NCBI RefSeq assembly: GCF_964355755.1
Contig: NC_092679.1
Span: 19,699,432-19,763,431, forward strand
Origin: Antedon mediterranea
Lineage: Eukaryota > Animalia > Echinodermata
Direction of reading: 5' to 3'
Length of the DNA: 64,000 nt
The number at the start of each line of letters is the position of its first letter. The first letter of the stretch is position 1. Shown piece after piece: positions 49,581 through 62,723 of the stretch. Under the pieces are notes generated by a model that had not been told where the DNA came from, did not search any database, and saw nothing but the letters and a program-made list of their open reading frames with translations. A program made the translations under genes and the position numbers.

Positions 49581-52082
49581 TTCAAATGAAAATTGTAGTA
49601 AATAAGCTGTTATTGCTTAAAAAGCTTGGAAACTAGCGCACCACGGTAACCCTATGTCTTTACCAAAATTGTTATGTCCCCTAAATCTGAATAACTAAAA
49701 TTTGATCAAATCTATCCTTTTTTTATTTGGCAATAGAGCATAACATTTTTTTTTATAGTTCAGTTATTGCATACACAAATGAATTTTCCATATCGCCCTC
49801 TATTTATTTATTTTTTGGCCCAGTTATAGTTTTTCTGTTAGCAAAATTACATAATTATTGTCAATTACATAAAATCAGCTTTAAAACAAATGGGAAAAAA
49901 GCCACTGAACGACCATGTTTTTTAATTGATGCCGACATGCTCAGGCAACATGGCAATTTCTTTTAGGTATAATAGTGTACACTGACGAACGATGATCAAT
50001 GGACCTACAGTCCATCAAAGAAAACAGATACCATGGAGGCGACTGGCATGAATCTATCCCCATGTAGCGGTTATGAACTAAAGCATCCATGCCGTAACCG
50101 CTAGATAATTTTGCATGAAAATGTACAGTACTATGTGGACACATGATATCTATTTACATCCCATCTAGATTGTAACAACAATTAAATTTAACAGTTTGCA
50201 AAGAGGGTTACAGCAGTTTTCCTACCATGTGAATACATATTGTATTATTTAATTTGGCACTCATATGCATGTACTTTTTTAAACTGAAAAATAGAGTTCT
50301 AAATGTGAATATCTAAAAAAAAAAAGACTCATAACCAGACATTTCTGGGTATAACCGAGGTGGCAATTAATAGTAGATAGGGGGCAAGGTTTTCACCCCT
50401 TTAATCAAATTATCATTTATCAATTTAAAGTGCAAACTATAGTCACAGAAACAAATATCTAAAAATCCCATACATGTATTTTTAATCTTCTTGCTACAAA
50501 GTGAAATCATGAAGAGAACGCTAAAATGAAGTATAATCACCATCCTTGAAAATAATTCAATAATTTTAAACTACAATATAATTGACACAAAAATATGTTT
50601 TTTTAGAATGGTACATTTGGGATTTCTGGTTAAATAGCAAAGGAAAAATAACAAACATATCCGATTCTCTTTTTATAACTTTAAGAAAAGAGATATTTTT
50701 AAAGTACTGTGCAAGGATACCGGATTGATTAAATCATTTTCAATTCATTTCCACAGAAAATACATAAAACAGCATTGTGTACAATATAATAAGTTTAATA
50801 ATAATCAATTAATGAAAAAAAAAGTTTTTTTAAATATATAATTTTACCAAAAGCTTTGCTTTGTTTTAGTTTATCATTGTGATTTTTTATTTTATTTGAG
50901 ATCCAGTCAATAATATCCACAGTATTTTCATTTTTCCAGTAATTTTAGATTTATATATAGGCCTACAGTACAATTCAAGATTCAAGACATTTTATTGGTC
51001 CACTTAAAATGGAAATTCATTTTGCTTGGCATAATTAAGAGAATAAAACTTCAAGAAAATTACATCAAACTGCATAAACATACAGGCTAATGATAAAATG
51101 AATTGAATAGGGATTGGCTGTAGTATTAAAACATTATTTTTTCTCGTTTTCCAAACAAAAAAAAATGTCACCTTTATAGGGTCCCAAGGGTTTCCCAAAA
51201 AAGAATTTACTGATAATAATAACCAACAGTATAAATGAAATAATTGTATTTGGTTGGAATCAAACATTCAGTATATAAACAAATATTAAAAAGACTAAAT
51301 ATTAAATATTGATATGTAGTTCATAGAAAAACAAATTATAATAATTATAATTTGAACGTACATCATCGTCAGGGCGGAGGCTTTTAAGATTACATTTTCA
51401 AAAAACAGCGAAGTCATTTGCAATAACCAATCATATTGACAACAACTAGTTAGTGCTAGATAGCACTTAGGCTATAATGACACTGGATTCTCAGAGTTTT
51501 AAATGGCGTGACACTAAATGTCCATCTTCTATGAGTAACAGATATTAATATTTCCTTTAAAAAAAATATGTAATTGTTTTTGTAATTCACTGATATTATC
51601 CTTTAAAAAAAATTAACCTACAAAATAAACTAACTTTAATTAAATTATATAAAGTGTGGACATTGATATCAAAATTCCTAGTAAAAATGATTGATTTATT
51701 ATCCCCAAAACAAGAAAGTGCTTCGTTTAAATATCATAAAATTAAAATGATACAATTATAGAGGAATGATAAAATAAATTAAATTACTGAACGTATTAAT
51801 AAAACAAATTTAGTTTAATTTACAAAAAATAGTTCAATCAATGATAATCAAGGTTGACATAAAAGACGTAAAAAAATGTTAAGTTAAACGGTTTTAAAAT
51901 TAAATTAAAAATAATAAAATAAAATTAGTTTCAACACGAGAACAACATTACAATAATTGTACAATTACGATTTATTTTAATTCAGATTGACTTGATCAAT
52001 ATTTGAAACTTTATCATGTTTTAAAATTCTCTAGTTATTAACCATGTATAATCAAATTTATGTGAGTAGCTACATAGTCTAA

Positions 52083-52199
52083 AGCTCTGTCTACACTACC
52101 AAACAAAAAAATGTGATGTGCCCATATATGGACATAATGATGTCATATTGGGTACATCACATTGTTTGGTCAAACTAGTTTAATAGTGTAGACATAGCT
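52083..52199. mobile_element. MITE family A copy
   Basis: agctctgtctacactacc...tagtgtagacatagct. Confidence 0.75.
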
Positions 52200-53149
52200 T
52201 TAATTCAAAGTGACAAAGATAATTTTATGGAGTTACTTTTTTCTATATGGAATGACGTTTAAATTTATTCTGCCAACAGAATAATAACATTTTCAATTTG
52301 ATATGAAATTTAACAAAAAAATAACAGAAAAGGTAATTCAGTCATTTAGTAGAAAGATATTCAATAAAATTAATTAATTTGTGGATAGAAGTTATACACA
52401 TTTCTAGTGAACTTTATAAAATTGTATAACTCTATAAAACTTTATAAAATTGTATAAATCTATAAAACTTTATTAATGATTATTTTTTGGTGATATATTC
52501 ATAATTTTTTTTTTTTTAAATATATTCGTACAGTCTTCTTGAATTAGCATCACTTTTGAGAAGGTGAGCACCTGATTTTGGGGTCACTGCAATACAATGA
52601 ATGTTGTTTGGCCAGAACCCTGTGAGATATAATACCTCCCATCGTTTTCCAATAAATAGACCAGGGACCTCAATAAACATTGTTTTCTTTAAAAATTCAT
52701 TGTTCATTGTTTTTACTAATGTTTTTCCGACATGAAGTGCTGAATATAAAGTCCTATCTTTTGCATTGACTGGGCTCATCTTCGATCCGCTATGCCAATA
52801 CAAACATATTTACCGAATTAAACTTTTAATTTATTGGATTTTAAACGTGTTACTTTTCATTCATGTACAATTGATTAAACTGCAAATCATACCTAACCGG
52901 AATAGCAACTGTTACTGATATTTGAATCAAGGACATTTTTGTTTTAATAATTAGATTTAATAAATACAATGATAGTGTCATATAGTAAATCTTAATGTCC
53001 ATTATATTTCTTATATTGTTAATTGAGTACCCTGTTTATTTGTACTCAATAATCATATACTATTATTAATGCAAGTTGGAAGGTTCACCTGGGAATATCA
53101 TATTATGGCAACTAAAATGATTAATGTTATAGGATGAGTCATGTACATA

Positions 53150-53240
53150 CTGGTCTTCAGATATAAGCCCGGTCCAATACTGGTCCTCAGATATAAGCCC
53201 GGTCCCATTCTGGTCCTCAGATATAAGTCCGGTCCCATAC
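53150..53240. repeat. 30-bp tandem repeat x3
   Basis: ctggtcctcagatataagcccggtcccata units. Confidence 0.85.
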
Positions 53241-54475
53241 TATGTTCAAATAGGTGGGCGTATTGTACATCTGAGCATGAAAATATGTTATTAAAATTGT
53301 TTAATACCATGGAGGTATAAAAATGATTTGTACATATTTTTTGTAAAGTGCAACAGCAAGCACATAGAATTTCCTCTTGAAAAAATGTCTTGAAATCTTT
53401 GATTGAATGTAAACATGTAGCACTTTGAACTGCAAAGATTAATGTTGACTTGTGATTTTAATCCAATTACTGTACAACGTGACATGTTCATGCAATGAGG
53501 AATCATACACATGAAAATAACCAATTTGCAACCATTTCAGAGATAGACTAAGCATTCCAAGGAGATAATTTTTTAATTTTTTTACTGAAAAAAAAAATGT
53601 TTTAATTTGTGTTATCTCTTTTAAGATGTGTGTATTTCATTGTATAATTTTGAGTACCTTTATGTTAATATTTTTTTTGTGACTTTGTTAATTTTGATGA
53701 AAAATGACATGTTGATAATGACTAAAATAGATGTGTATTATATCTTTATAGATTTTACTAGCCCACATGCCAGCATACTACACCAAACAAAAATTGTTTT
53801 TAATTTTTTTTTTTACTTTTTTAAATTTATATATATTTAGACAAGATAAAAACATATCAGGTATATATATTGCACCTGTTTTACATATGGTCCTGTTTTT
53901 TAGAGCATAGATTAAAAACACTCATAAAAAGACATTAAAAAACTTACAATAAAATTTTAAAATCACAATACAAAGATAAGACAATATTTACAATGTTTTA
54001 AAAGGACTGAAAATAGGTTGGAAATGTACATTCATAATGGCTTGCCTCAATTTTTTTGGAGTTTGTTTCATATTGCCATATCAAACTTATTAGTTGACTT
54101 AGAAATCCTCAAGACAGAAACAATAAAAAAACTTACCTTTTATAATATTATTTAACAAATAATGTCCAATGGTATTAAAATTAACTATAAGCTTATATAC
54201 ACTGTTTACCACACAAAGCATGAACTAATGTGGGATACAGCATAAATATTACAAGGCATCATCAACAAAATTAAACCAATAAAGGTAATAAACAATAAAT
54301 GAAAATCTTACCTTTTAAAATATTTTTTTTTTTTTAAACCACCTCTGCTCAATAATACCACAACTTCTGTACTAAAACACAATTCACAGGATACAGCAAA
54401 TTAACAAAGAATTTCCACGCAGCACAATGGAACAATCCAAATACTAAAGACAATATCGTTTCTTCTTCAGCTTAC

Positions 54476-54640
54476 CACTGCCTTGAGTTTAACGAATTGA
54501 CCTGGTAGCTCGGCAAGGGGTAGTCTGCAAGCAAAATTTGCATCAAACGTGACAGCTGTGAGGGCGGAGACATGTGCAGTTGAGGGATGCGATTGGAAAC
54601 ACAATGCGGCCTATGGCTACGCCTTTGATACCCAATAAGA
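54476..54640 (-). promoter_or_regulatory. Candidate promoter and non-coding first exon of the PLEKHH-like gene
   Basis: Locally GC-richer. GC box GGGCGG (54562-54567), CCAAT boxes (54592-54596, 54632-54636) and E-boxes sit just upstream of minus-strand donors G|GTAAG at 54476 and 54312. Confidence 0.4.
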
Positions 54641-54968
54641 TTTGCATTATCATTGGGTTAACTAGGACTATCCTATCTCTCTGTATCTCTAGGCATATGT
54701 AGTTCTAGTTCTGTCTGTTGGCAATAGTTGTTGGTTTGTAGATATAACCTTAGGCTTGCCTTGAAATTTAAGTAACTTTTTATCTCAGAACTAATAAGTC
54801 CCATCTATGAATACTAGTCAGCCTGGTCACAGATACAACAACAAAAATAATTTAACTTTATTCTATTGTAATTTGAGTATTTAAAAAATCTTAAAACAAT
54901 TTATTAACATGAAAATACCCGAAAAAAATGACTTTAAACTCTATGGCAGTCACGTAAAAACAATGTAA

Positions 54969-55124
54969 AGATCTGGCTACACTATCAAACTTTCTGTGAC
55001 AAAAAAATGTGATGTGCCCATATATGGACATGATGATATCATATCACTACCGTATTTGGGCATATCACTACCATATTTGGGAACACCACATTTTTTTGTC
55101 AAAATTGATAGTGAAGACAGAGCT
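54969..55124. mobile_element. MITE family A copy
   Basis: Same TIR and internal sequence as 9447-9594. Confidence 0.8.
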
Positions 55125-57533
55125 TTACTCTCCTTACCTTCACTGTCAATCTATTGCTTGGTGTAGTTTAGTGGTTAACATGCTTGCCTTCAAACTGCAA
55201 GGTCTTTGGTTCAATACTGGCTTTAGTCACTGAATACCAGGATTTTTCTCATGGTCAATAAGCGGCGCCAATGTTTAAGCCTCATATCGAGACTTGAAGT
55301 TTAGGTTCTAATCCTATAATTGGTATTCATTTAATCACATCCTAAAAAATGAGCATAGAAAACAATATAAATTATTAATAACATGAATATTATATAAATA
55401 TATTGCATCATAAGCCATCATTATATGTTTCTAGTTTCCTCAATAAATAAAAAAAATTATATATATAATGGACATTTGTCAAGTTCAAAGAATATGTCAT
55501 GTTTGAAATTACAATTTGGTGACATTTTGACAAACCTGTTAATAGGGGGTCACTTTGTGGTCTTAGCCTGTCACCATAACAAGAGTGACCAGCAGCTGTG
55601 GCATTGAAATTTGGTGTTTATACTAATCCCAAAATACTGGGTTCAATTCCTGTGGACATACTTACCAATCACACCTAACGAGATATTTATTCATTAAAGT
55701 CAAGAATAGAGATTTCACCTAAGTGATACTAAACAGAAAAGATTTTTTTGAAGAATTTTCTTTTATAGCCTAAAATGAGATTGGTGAATACAGCCACTTT
55801 TATAGATATGCCACACGCACACCACAGCCACTTCTTAACACTCCTAATCCTAGTACTTTCCTATAAAAATAGTGCCACCATCAAAGTTATTTTTCAATCA
55901 ATAGGTAGGTATTTTATTTTTGTATAATCAAATGTTGTTTTAAAACTTACCTTGACGAAATACTTTTCGAAGTTCATTTTTTTGGTCAAAATCCTGATTA
56001 CTAAAATTGTCAAAAGTAATATCATTAAAAAAAACATTTAAAGGCGAGATGACACAATTATTTAAACCAAAAATGTTAAAAAAAATTGATATTCTCATAG
56101 TTTGATTTATGGGACAAAATAACTTTGCGGTTAGGATGAAGTTTACGTGACCAAATCAGAAGTTATAAATCAAAATAGATTTGTTTTAATCCTTAATGTC
56201 TTTATTCAAGAAAATGTCACCAAATTGAAGTTGATTGTAATTTCGACATCTGATCTTACATCTTGCATTGATAATATCTTACAACATAAAGCAGATTTTT
56301 ATTCCTATTTCAGGCCGTGGATGTTAATATAATAAATCCTTTTTATTAAAAACATATTTGATTGAAAACATTAATATGGCATGTTTAACATTCATCTTTG
56401 AGCTGGAAAGTCAAATATGACTAGCCAATGTCAAACTGACTTCTTTTGCTCTAAATTAAATGTTGAATTTATTTTTTCGGGACACGCTATAGCTTTCCCA
56501 TGGATGTGATGATTAAAAAAATCTCTGATGAAAATGATTTGATTTTCTTTTATAATTCAAATCCTTTGAACTAATATCTAAGTGTTTTTCTATCTATATA
56601 ATGTCTATACAAACGACACAAACTGAACCACATACATTACTGTAGATCCGTTCGTTGGGACATCTTGTACAAACGCAGGAGAGAAACAAATAAACTAACA
56701 GGGGCGGGGTGACCAAGTAAATTTTTTTTAATTAAAAAAAATAATTTTTTTTTATTAGAAAATCGACATAATAGCAATACAAGACAATGGTACAATAATG
56801 ATAATAACAACCTGGTTAGAATAACCTGAGAGAATAATGGGCTGATAGCCCGAGACAAAAGTGAACAACTGATTTGATTGATAAATCATCGTTTTATGAA
56901 ACTAAATTTTTTAAGAAGTTGGTTTACTTCACAGTATCTTATAGCAAAACAAGTTTAACATCAATCAATTCTTCTCTCTTAAAAGCTTTTTAATTCAATT
57001 TGTCGCTGATTTTTATAATCATTTTTAACAATCCCATTAAGTGTGTATTCTTAAATCCAACTGATGTTATTGGTGATATGGTTCAACTCACGTTTTAGGA
57101 GTTCAATGACCTTTACATGTTTAATATAAAATTTAGCAATAACTCAAAACTTTTTCTCCTAAACCACAGACCAATACTACAGCAAGGCCTAACCTTCAAA
57201 CCTGATTAGAATCTTATTTAATACATTTTTTAAATATGAAATAAAAAAAATGTTTTTTATTCAATTTCACAAGATGTTCATTTTGGATAAGCTTAGAGAA
57301 TCACCAGAGCATGTTATTGCAAAATAGAAATAACTGATAAAAAGGGTGAGGTTGTGATATAGGCCTTCTTGACGGATGAAGACCCGCCATCAAATGAAAC
57401 AAATCAACTCTATGCATAAAAAAAATCAGACTTAATAACATGTTATAATGTATGTTGATATTTTCTTGATATATTTCCAAAGAATAAAAAAAAAGTAAAA
57501 ACATTTCAATGTTTTTCTGTATCATATGTCTAA

Positions 57534-57697
57534 AGTTCTGTCTATCAAACTAGTTTGACCAAAAGAAATGTGATGTGCCCAAATATGGTAGGGATATGAT
57601 CAAATATGGTAGTGATATGACATGATCATGTCCATTATATGGGCACATCACATTTTTCTTGTCACATAAAGTTAAGTTTGACAGTGCAGCCAGAGCT
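57534..57697. mobile_element. MITE family A copy (opposite internal orientation)
   Basis: agttctgtctatcaaactagtttgac...cagagct. Confidence 0.75.
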
Positions 57698-58199
57698 TTA
57701 CAAATTTAGGCCACAAGAACTCCAAAACGTTGCGCCAGTCAAAGTGAAAGAAAACATAATATTAATATTATAGATCAACGGACACTAAATATAGAAATTG
57801 CAAAATTAGTTCCAGAAATGCAGAATTGACGTGATCTGGAAGTCATGTACTTGGTCAATCAAATGTGAAATATCCGCGGAAATGAAAAGATTTCTAACTA
57901 CATTTGCCTACAGTATTCATTAATAATATATTGACCTAACAAATTATTATATTGGCCTTCAAAATGTACGAATCAAACACATTGAATTGATGCTAGTAAA
58001 TTTAGGGCTAGGCCTACAGTATATGCAAAGACCTTTCTGCCAACGCCACTACTATTGTCTACTAGGCCCAGGCTAAGTACTACTACTTAGACTAGAGCAG
58101 TAGACAATGAGTGGCTTAGCCTTTGGTTGGAAACTTGGACAGGAGGACCTGGAAAACAACATTTTGCTATTAAATAGGCCTTTCAATTACATTACTTAC

Positions 58200-58460
58200 G
58201 CTAGCAAAATATATACTTGTAAGTTGTATGTTATATTCTGTCATATTTTGTTGTTTTTTACAATTTCCATCGTACCCATCATCCGTTTCGTCGTCTGCTG
58301 CAGTACCTGATCAGGTGGTTGTGTAAAGTTAAGCACGTGGAAAAGTTTCTCAAAATTACTCAAGCGTGCAATAACTTTTTTGTTTCTATCGATCGCGGCA
58401 AACATTAACGGGTTTTTTTATATTCTTGAAAATGGTTTCATAAAATTTCCAAACACGTCC
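58200..58460 (-). promoter_or_regulatory. Candidate distal promoter and first 5'-UTR exon of the PLEKHH-like gene
   Basis: CpG-enriched patch with CACGTG (58334-58339), ending at donor AGC|gtaagt (58200); lies ~750 bp beyond the DHRS7 stop codon. Confidence 0.35.
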
Positions 58461-59196
58461 ACCTTGTTTTTTTTTTGTCATTTATTTAGTGCGTAAATCT
58501 ATCAGCAATTTTCTTGTTCAATCAATTTCTTCTCAAAATAATATAAAGAGAAATGAATGAATGAATTTACCATATCTAATTATCTATTCTTTATTATTTT
58601 TCATATTTTAGATTAATACACCAAACCAATATGTATATATATATTTTAATAAGAAACCTTATTAAAGTTGAATTTTCCTGAATTTATTAATACTTAAGGC
58701 ATAAGTTATATGTATTACATGCACCAAAATAATACATTTTTTTCCTTTATATACCCAACTGTACAGTATATAATGTATCATTTTCATATGATTATCTTTT
58801 TCCATTATTTTCTTATACTTTTCTGTATATCTTTCTTTGACCTAAAGTACTACAATAGCCTACAGTAGTATGTTCACACACATAATTAGGAGCAGCATAT
58901 TGTGTTTACCATCTAGTAAGAAGACTTTTTCCAAAAGGATGCCTAGAACTAGAACTAGAATGTTCAGATATGAGTTTTCTAGACATCCCAGTCAAAATGC
59001 AGAGTTCATCCGAACTCTGTATAAAATTTACCCGCATCACAAATAAATTAATAACCAATTATACATAAATATGATTTATATAAAGTAAATACACCTATTT
59101 ATCATTATTATTCATTATTTATGTATCAAAAATGATTAAAATACAGTTAAAATAATAATAAAATCCATCAAATATGTAGTTTTGTGAGCAGTTCAT

Positions 59197-59260
59197 CTAT
59201 TTCTCCTTCTGAATTTTCTGAAAAGCTTCAATCCGCTTATGGCCTGATCTCACATTCAGC
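59197..59260 (-). CDS. DHRS7: DHRS7-like SDR, last coding exon, (W)LNVRSGHKRIEAFQKIQKEK*
   Basis: ttttctag| phase-2 acceptor completes the TG|G Trp codon; GHKRIEAF resembles the recalled DHRS7 GKKRIENF; TAG at 59197-59199. Confidence 0.8.
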
Positions 59261-60334
59261 CTAGAAAACAAAATGGTAAATCAATACAGTAGTTAATCAC
59301 TTTAGGCTTTATTCTTGGTGTGTCAGATGAAGGGGATTCTGCTGTAATTTTGTTTCTTTTCAATTTCAATTTTGTTCGTTTCTGTCGTATTTATATGGTG
59401 TTGATTTCTATTTGTTTTGTAATACAGTATCACGAACTTGTGTAAAAACAATCAATATTGATTGAACGAGTTGTACTGCACATCAGTCTCGTGTCTAAAT
59501 AAAGTTTATATATATATATATATCCGATTGGTTTTTTTTTTGGACTCCTCGCTGTTTCTATACAAGCAAGCACTATGAGGAAGTAAACAGTCAAAAATGC
59601 CTATTAGTAAAATAACGGAGGAAATGTAGTATAGATTAATTATGCACCACCAATATAGTATATATGCAGTGGTGTAATGCAGGGGGAAAACGCCCCTGGT
59701 TTAGCATTCATAAGGGGCCCTCCAACACTGGGTAGTTGCATTGGGGTTGCTCATGCTCTGAGACTCCTTATTCCCCGAGGCTTCTGGGTTTAGACAGTAA
59801 ACTCTCATAGCCGTCACGCCACTATCAAAATGCAGATATGCTCACAGGACAGGATTAGGCACTCCACAACATGACAGGTAGTACTTTTTGTTTGGTTGTG
59901 TACTTGTGAAAACAGCATATCAATTCATCTAGGACAAATCAAGCCTGTAGGCATGTGGGTACGAGGGTTGGATCGAACAAAGCCCCCCCCCCCCCACTTT
60001 TCCTGAAGTGCCCATTGCAAGGTTGCGAGACCAGCAGCTGAATTGATGTTGAATAGGCTTAACCAGCCTAGCTTGTGATGATATTTGCTCTTTTTGTTGA
60101 AAAACAAACTCCATGTAAAAATCTGGGCTATGGACATGATTGCCACTCAATTTTAAGTCCTATTGTCGAACATTTCAATTATACATATGAATGCTATTTA
60201 CAACAAAGGACTTTCTAGTTCTACATAGATTGGATTTTAATGGACATGATTACTTTAGGATGATGGTAAACTTTAAAAAGGGGAGGCATATTTGTGAAAT
60301 ACAAGTTTAGCTAACTTGTAAATGTAAAACTTAC

Positions 60335-60516
60335 CATGAAAATATAGAGGGCATGTATTGTGATACGTAGGTAAACAAAAGCACTGGTTGCTTGCTAATC
60401 CAGGCCTCGTGAAGATTATTGGCGAGAGCTACGGTCGTTAGATGAGCACAGCGCTCAGTCGGCATGACGGATCTTGGGTCTCGCTCCGCCAGTTGTAAAT
60501 CTTTTTTATATGTAGG
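60335..60516 (-). CDS. DHRS7: DHRS7-like SDR, penultimate exon copy B (PTYKKDLQLAERDPRSVMPTERCAHLTTVALANNLHEAWISKQPVLLFTYVSQYMPSIFSW)
   Basis: 182 nt, tttacag|CCT...TG|gtaagt, open frame; matches the DHRS7 pattern M.T.RC..L....AN.L.E.WIS.QP.LL.TY..QYMP. Confidence 0.88.
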
Positions 60517-60535
60517 CTGTAAAAAAAAATCTTAC

Positions 60536-60717
60536 CAGGAAAGTAAAGAAGGCATGTATTGTGATAGGTAGATGAAAAGAAGCGCTGGTTGCCTGCCAAC
60601 CCAGGCCTCCTGAAGATTATTTGCCAAAGCTACGGTCGTTAGATGAGCACAGCGCCCTGTCGACATGATATATCTTGGATCTCGCCCGCCAAATTGCAAG
60701 TCACTCTTAAACGAAGG
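60536..60717 (-). CDS. DHRS7: DHRS7-like SDR, penultimate exon copy A (PSFKSDLQFGGRDPRYIMSTGRCAHLTTVALANNLQEAWVGRQPALLFIYLSQYMPSLLSW)
   Basis: 182 nt, tttacag|CCT...TG|gtaaga, open frame, same phases as copy B, 41/60 residues identical. Confidence 0.82.
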
Positions 60718-61682
60718 CTGTAAATCAAAATCAATTTAAAATAAAAAGTTAGAAAGAACCAAAAATGTTTGCTTTTTTAACGCCAATGGCTAGTACTAGT
60801 GTTCGCCTTTATATCTGCCTTGCAAACTCATCTTTTTCTTTTAAATTGTGCTCTCTCATACACCACGCCTTTGATTACTTACTACTGGAATTGGCGCATT
60901 ACAAATTCATATTATTATTATTATTATTATTAGTAAAATATGAAAACATCTTGATCAAATAGGAATGCACTTCAAGGTGTTTCTAATAGAGAGACATATA
61001 TTTTGCTGGTAGATTAAGACTTTAAACAGATGTATATATTTATAACACATCACAGATGTTCATTAGAATACCAGTAAATATGTATAAATATGAAAATATT
61101 ATTTAATTGCAATGTTTAAACTAATAAAGTTGTAAAGTTGATGGTAGAAAGAGAAATTTCACAGTATTATAGATTTTTAATGATCCTCAACCAGAACTTG
61201 TGCGTACTTATTATAAGGATCAAAATGCTCTGTTTGTCCGACCACAAATAACAAAAAACCCAACTGAAAAACTGAAAAAAAAAACAGAAAACAAATAATG
61301 GATGGATATTAGATACAAAATAGAAAAAAAGTAAATTAAAATATAAATTAAACCAAACAGATGGCATTATATGTTCTTCAGTGTGATAGGCAAATCTTGT
61401 AATATAGTGACACAGGTGGTGATAGTATTAGGTTAAGCTTTGGCCTATGATACAGGCATTACATGTGATACATAGGTTATTCTGCATCACAGTTACAGTA
61501 TAATGTATTTTTAAACCTAAAGGAAAATTACTTAAAAATGAAAATGCTGTAGGTATCAGTGGCTGGATCTCAATGAAGATACAAAATAAAATAGGCAAAA
61601 AGCTAAATCAAAACGATAAAAACAGCCAGAACAATTTGCAGAGGTTCTGGTCAACACACATCAGTTCAAGTGAGAATACTAA

Positions 61683-61857
61683 AGCTCTGTCCACACTATC
61701 GAACTAGTTTAAAAAAAAAGTGTGATGCCTATATATGTTAGTGATATGCCCAAATATGTTAGTGATATGCCCAAATATGGTAGTGATATGACATCATCAT
61801 GTCATATCAGCACATCACATTTCTTTGTCACATAAAGTTTGATAGTTTTTGGAGAGT
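61683..61857. mobile_element. MITE family A copy in a DHRS7 intron
   Basis: agctctgtccacactatcgaactag...gtcacataaagtttgatag. Confidence 0.75.
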
Positions 61858-61897
61858 CTTGTTTCGAAAGAGTTGATCGAATAATACAGATAATTAC

Positions 61898-62017
61898 CTG
61901 ATCGATATCATCTCTCATGGCATTTGTGAACACATTTGAAACAACTGGACCAGGACATACATTAGTAATTGTTACATTTTGACGGTACACTTCTGCTCGG
62001 AGTGTATTGAAGTAACC
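61898..62017 (-). CDS. DHRS7: DHRS7-like SDR internal exon (GYFNTLRAEVYRQNVTITNVCPGPVVSNVFTNAMRDDIDQ)
   Basis: 120-nt phase 0/0 exon, ttttcag|GGT...CAG|gtaatt; SDR beta-6 CPGPV.S motif. Confidence 0.9.
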
Positions 62018-62595
62018 CTGAAAATAAACATAGCACACTGTCTATTTTTTAAGTAAAAAATATATTATCCTGCAGGCCTTGTCTTTTCAAAATGATAGGG
62101 GTGCTACAAATTGCACTCCTCAATACATTCAGGGGTGCTGTTTGTATTTTTGTGTGTAGAAGTTTACCAAATTAAAGTGTGTTGTAAAACGCACTCCTCA
62201 AGGGCAGTTTAGGAGTGTTAGGTGAGTGATCGCACTCACTCGCCTTAAAAGACAAGGCCTGATTCTGCCGAATCTTTAATAAATTTGATAGAAATGTCTG
62301 CCCTGACAAATGGAGAATTCACTTTTTTTGTATGCATTTTATCTAAATAAAATACCATGACTTTATAAAACATGGCCAATCCATAGAGGGTGCAATAATT
62401 TTTCCAGAATACATTAAAACATTAACAGGCATGCCATGCTTTTTGCAAACATGTCACATGCCAATGTGCATTGTATAAAAGTTTACTGCCAATGCATTTC
62501 TTTGTCTTTAGTTAATCAAAATGGGTTTTTTTTTTTTTAAACAATCAAGAGAAATTGGACCTTTGCCAAAAATATCAGGAAACTAAGGTGACTAA

Positions 62596-62723
62596 AGCTC
62601 TTTTTATCAAAAAAGTGTGATGTGCCAAAATATGGTAATGATATGCCCAAATATGGTAGTGAGATGACATAATCGTGTCCATATATGGGCACATCACATA
62701 AATTTGATAGTGTAGACAGAGCT
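62596..62723. mobile_element. MITE family A copy in a DHRS7 intron
   Basis: agctc...tttgatagtgtagacagagct. Confidence 0.75.

Noticed and set aside
55155-55215. tRNA-like sequence (ggtgtagtttagtggttaacatg...ggttcaatac)
   Set aside because: Stems do not pair into a cloverleaf; same decayed SINE head as at 45057, so not called a tRNA gene.
60335-60717. Exon pair as an assembly or haplotype artefact
   Set aside because: The copies differ at 19 of 60 residues and many silent sites, far beyond allelic divergence, and each has its own splice sites.
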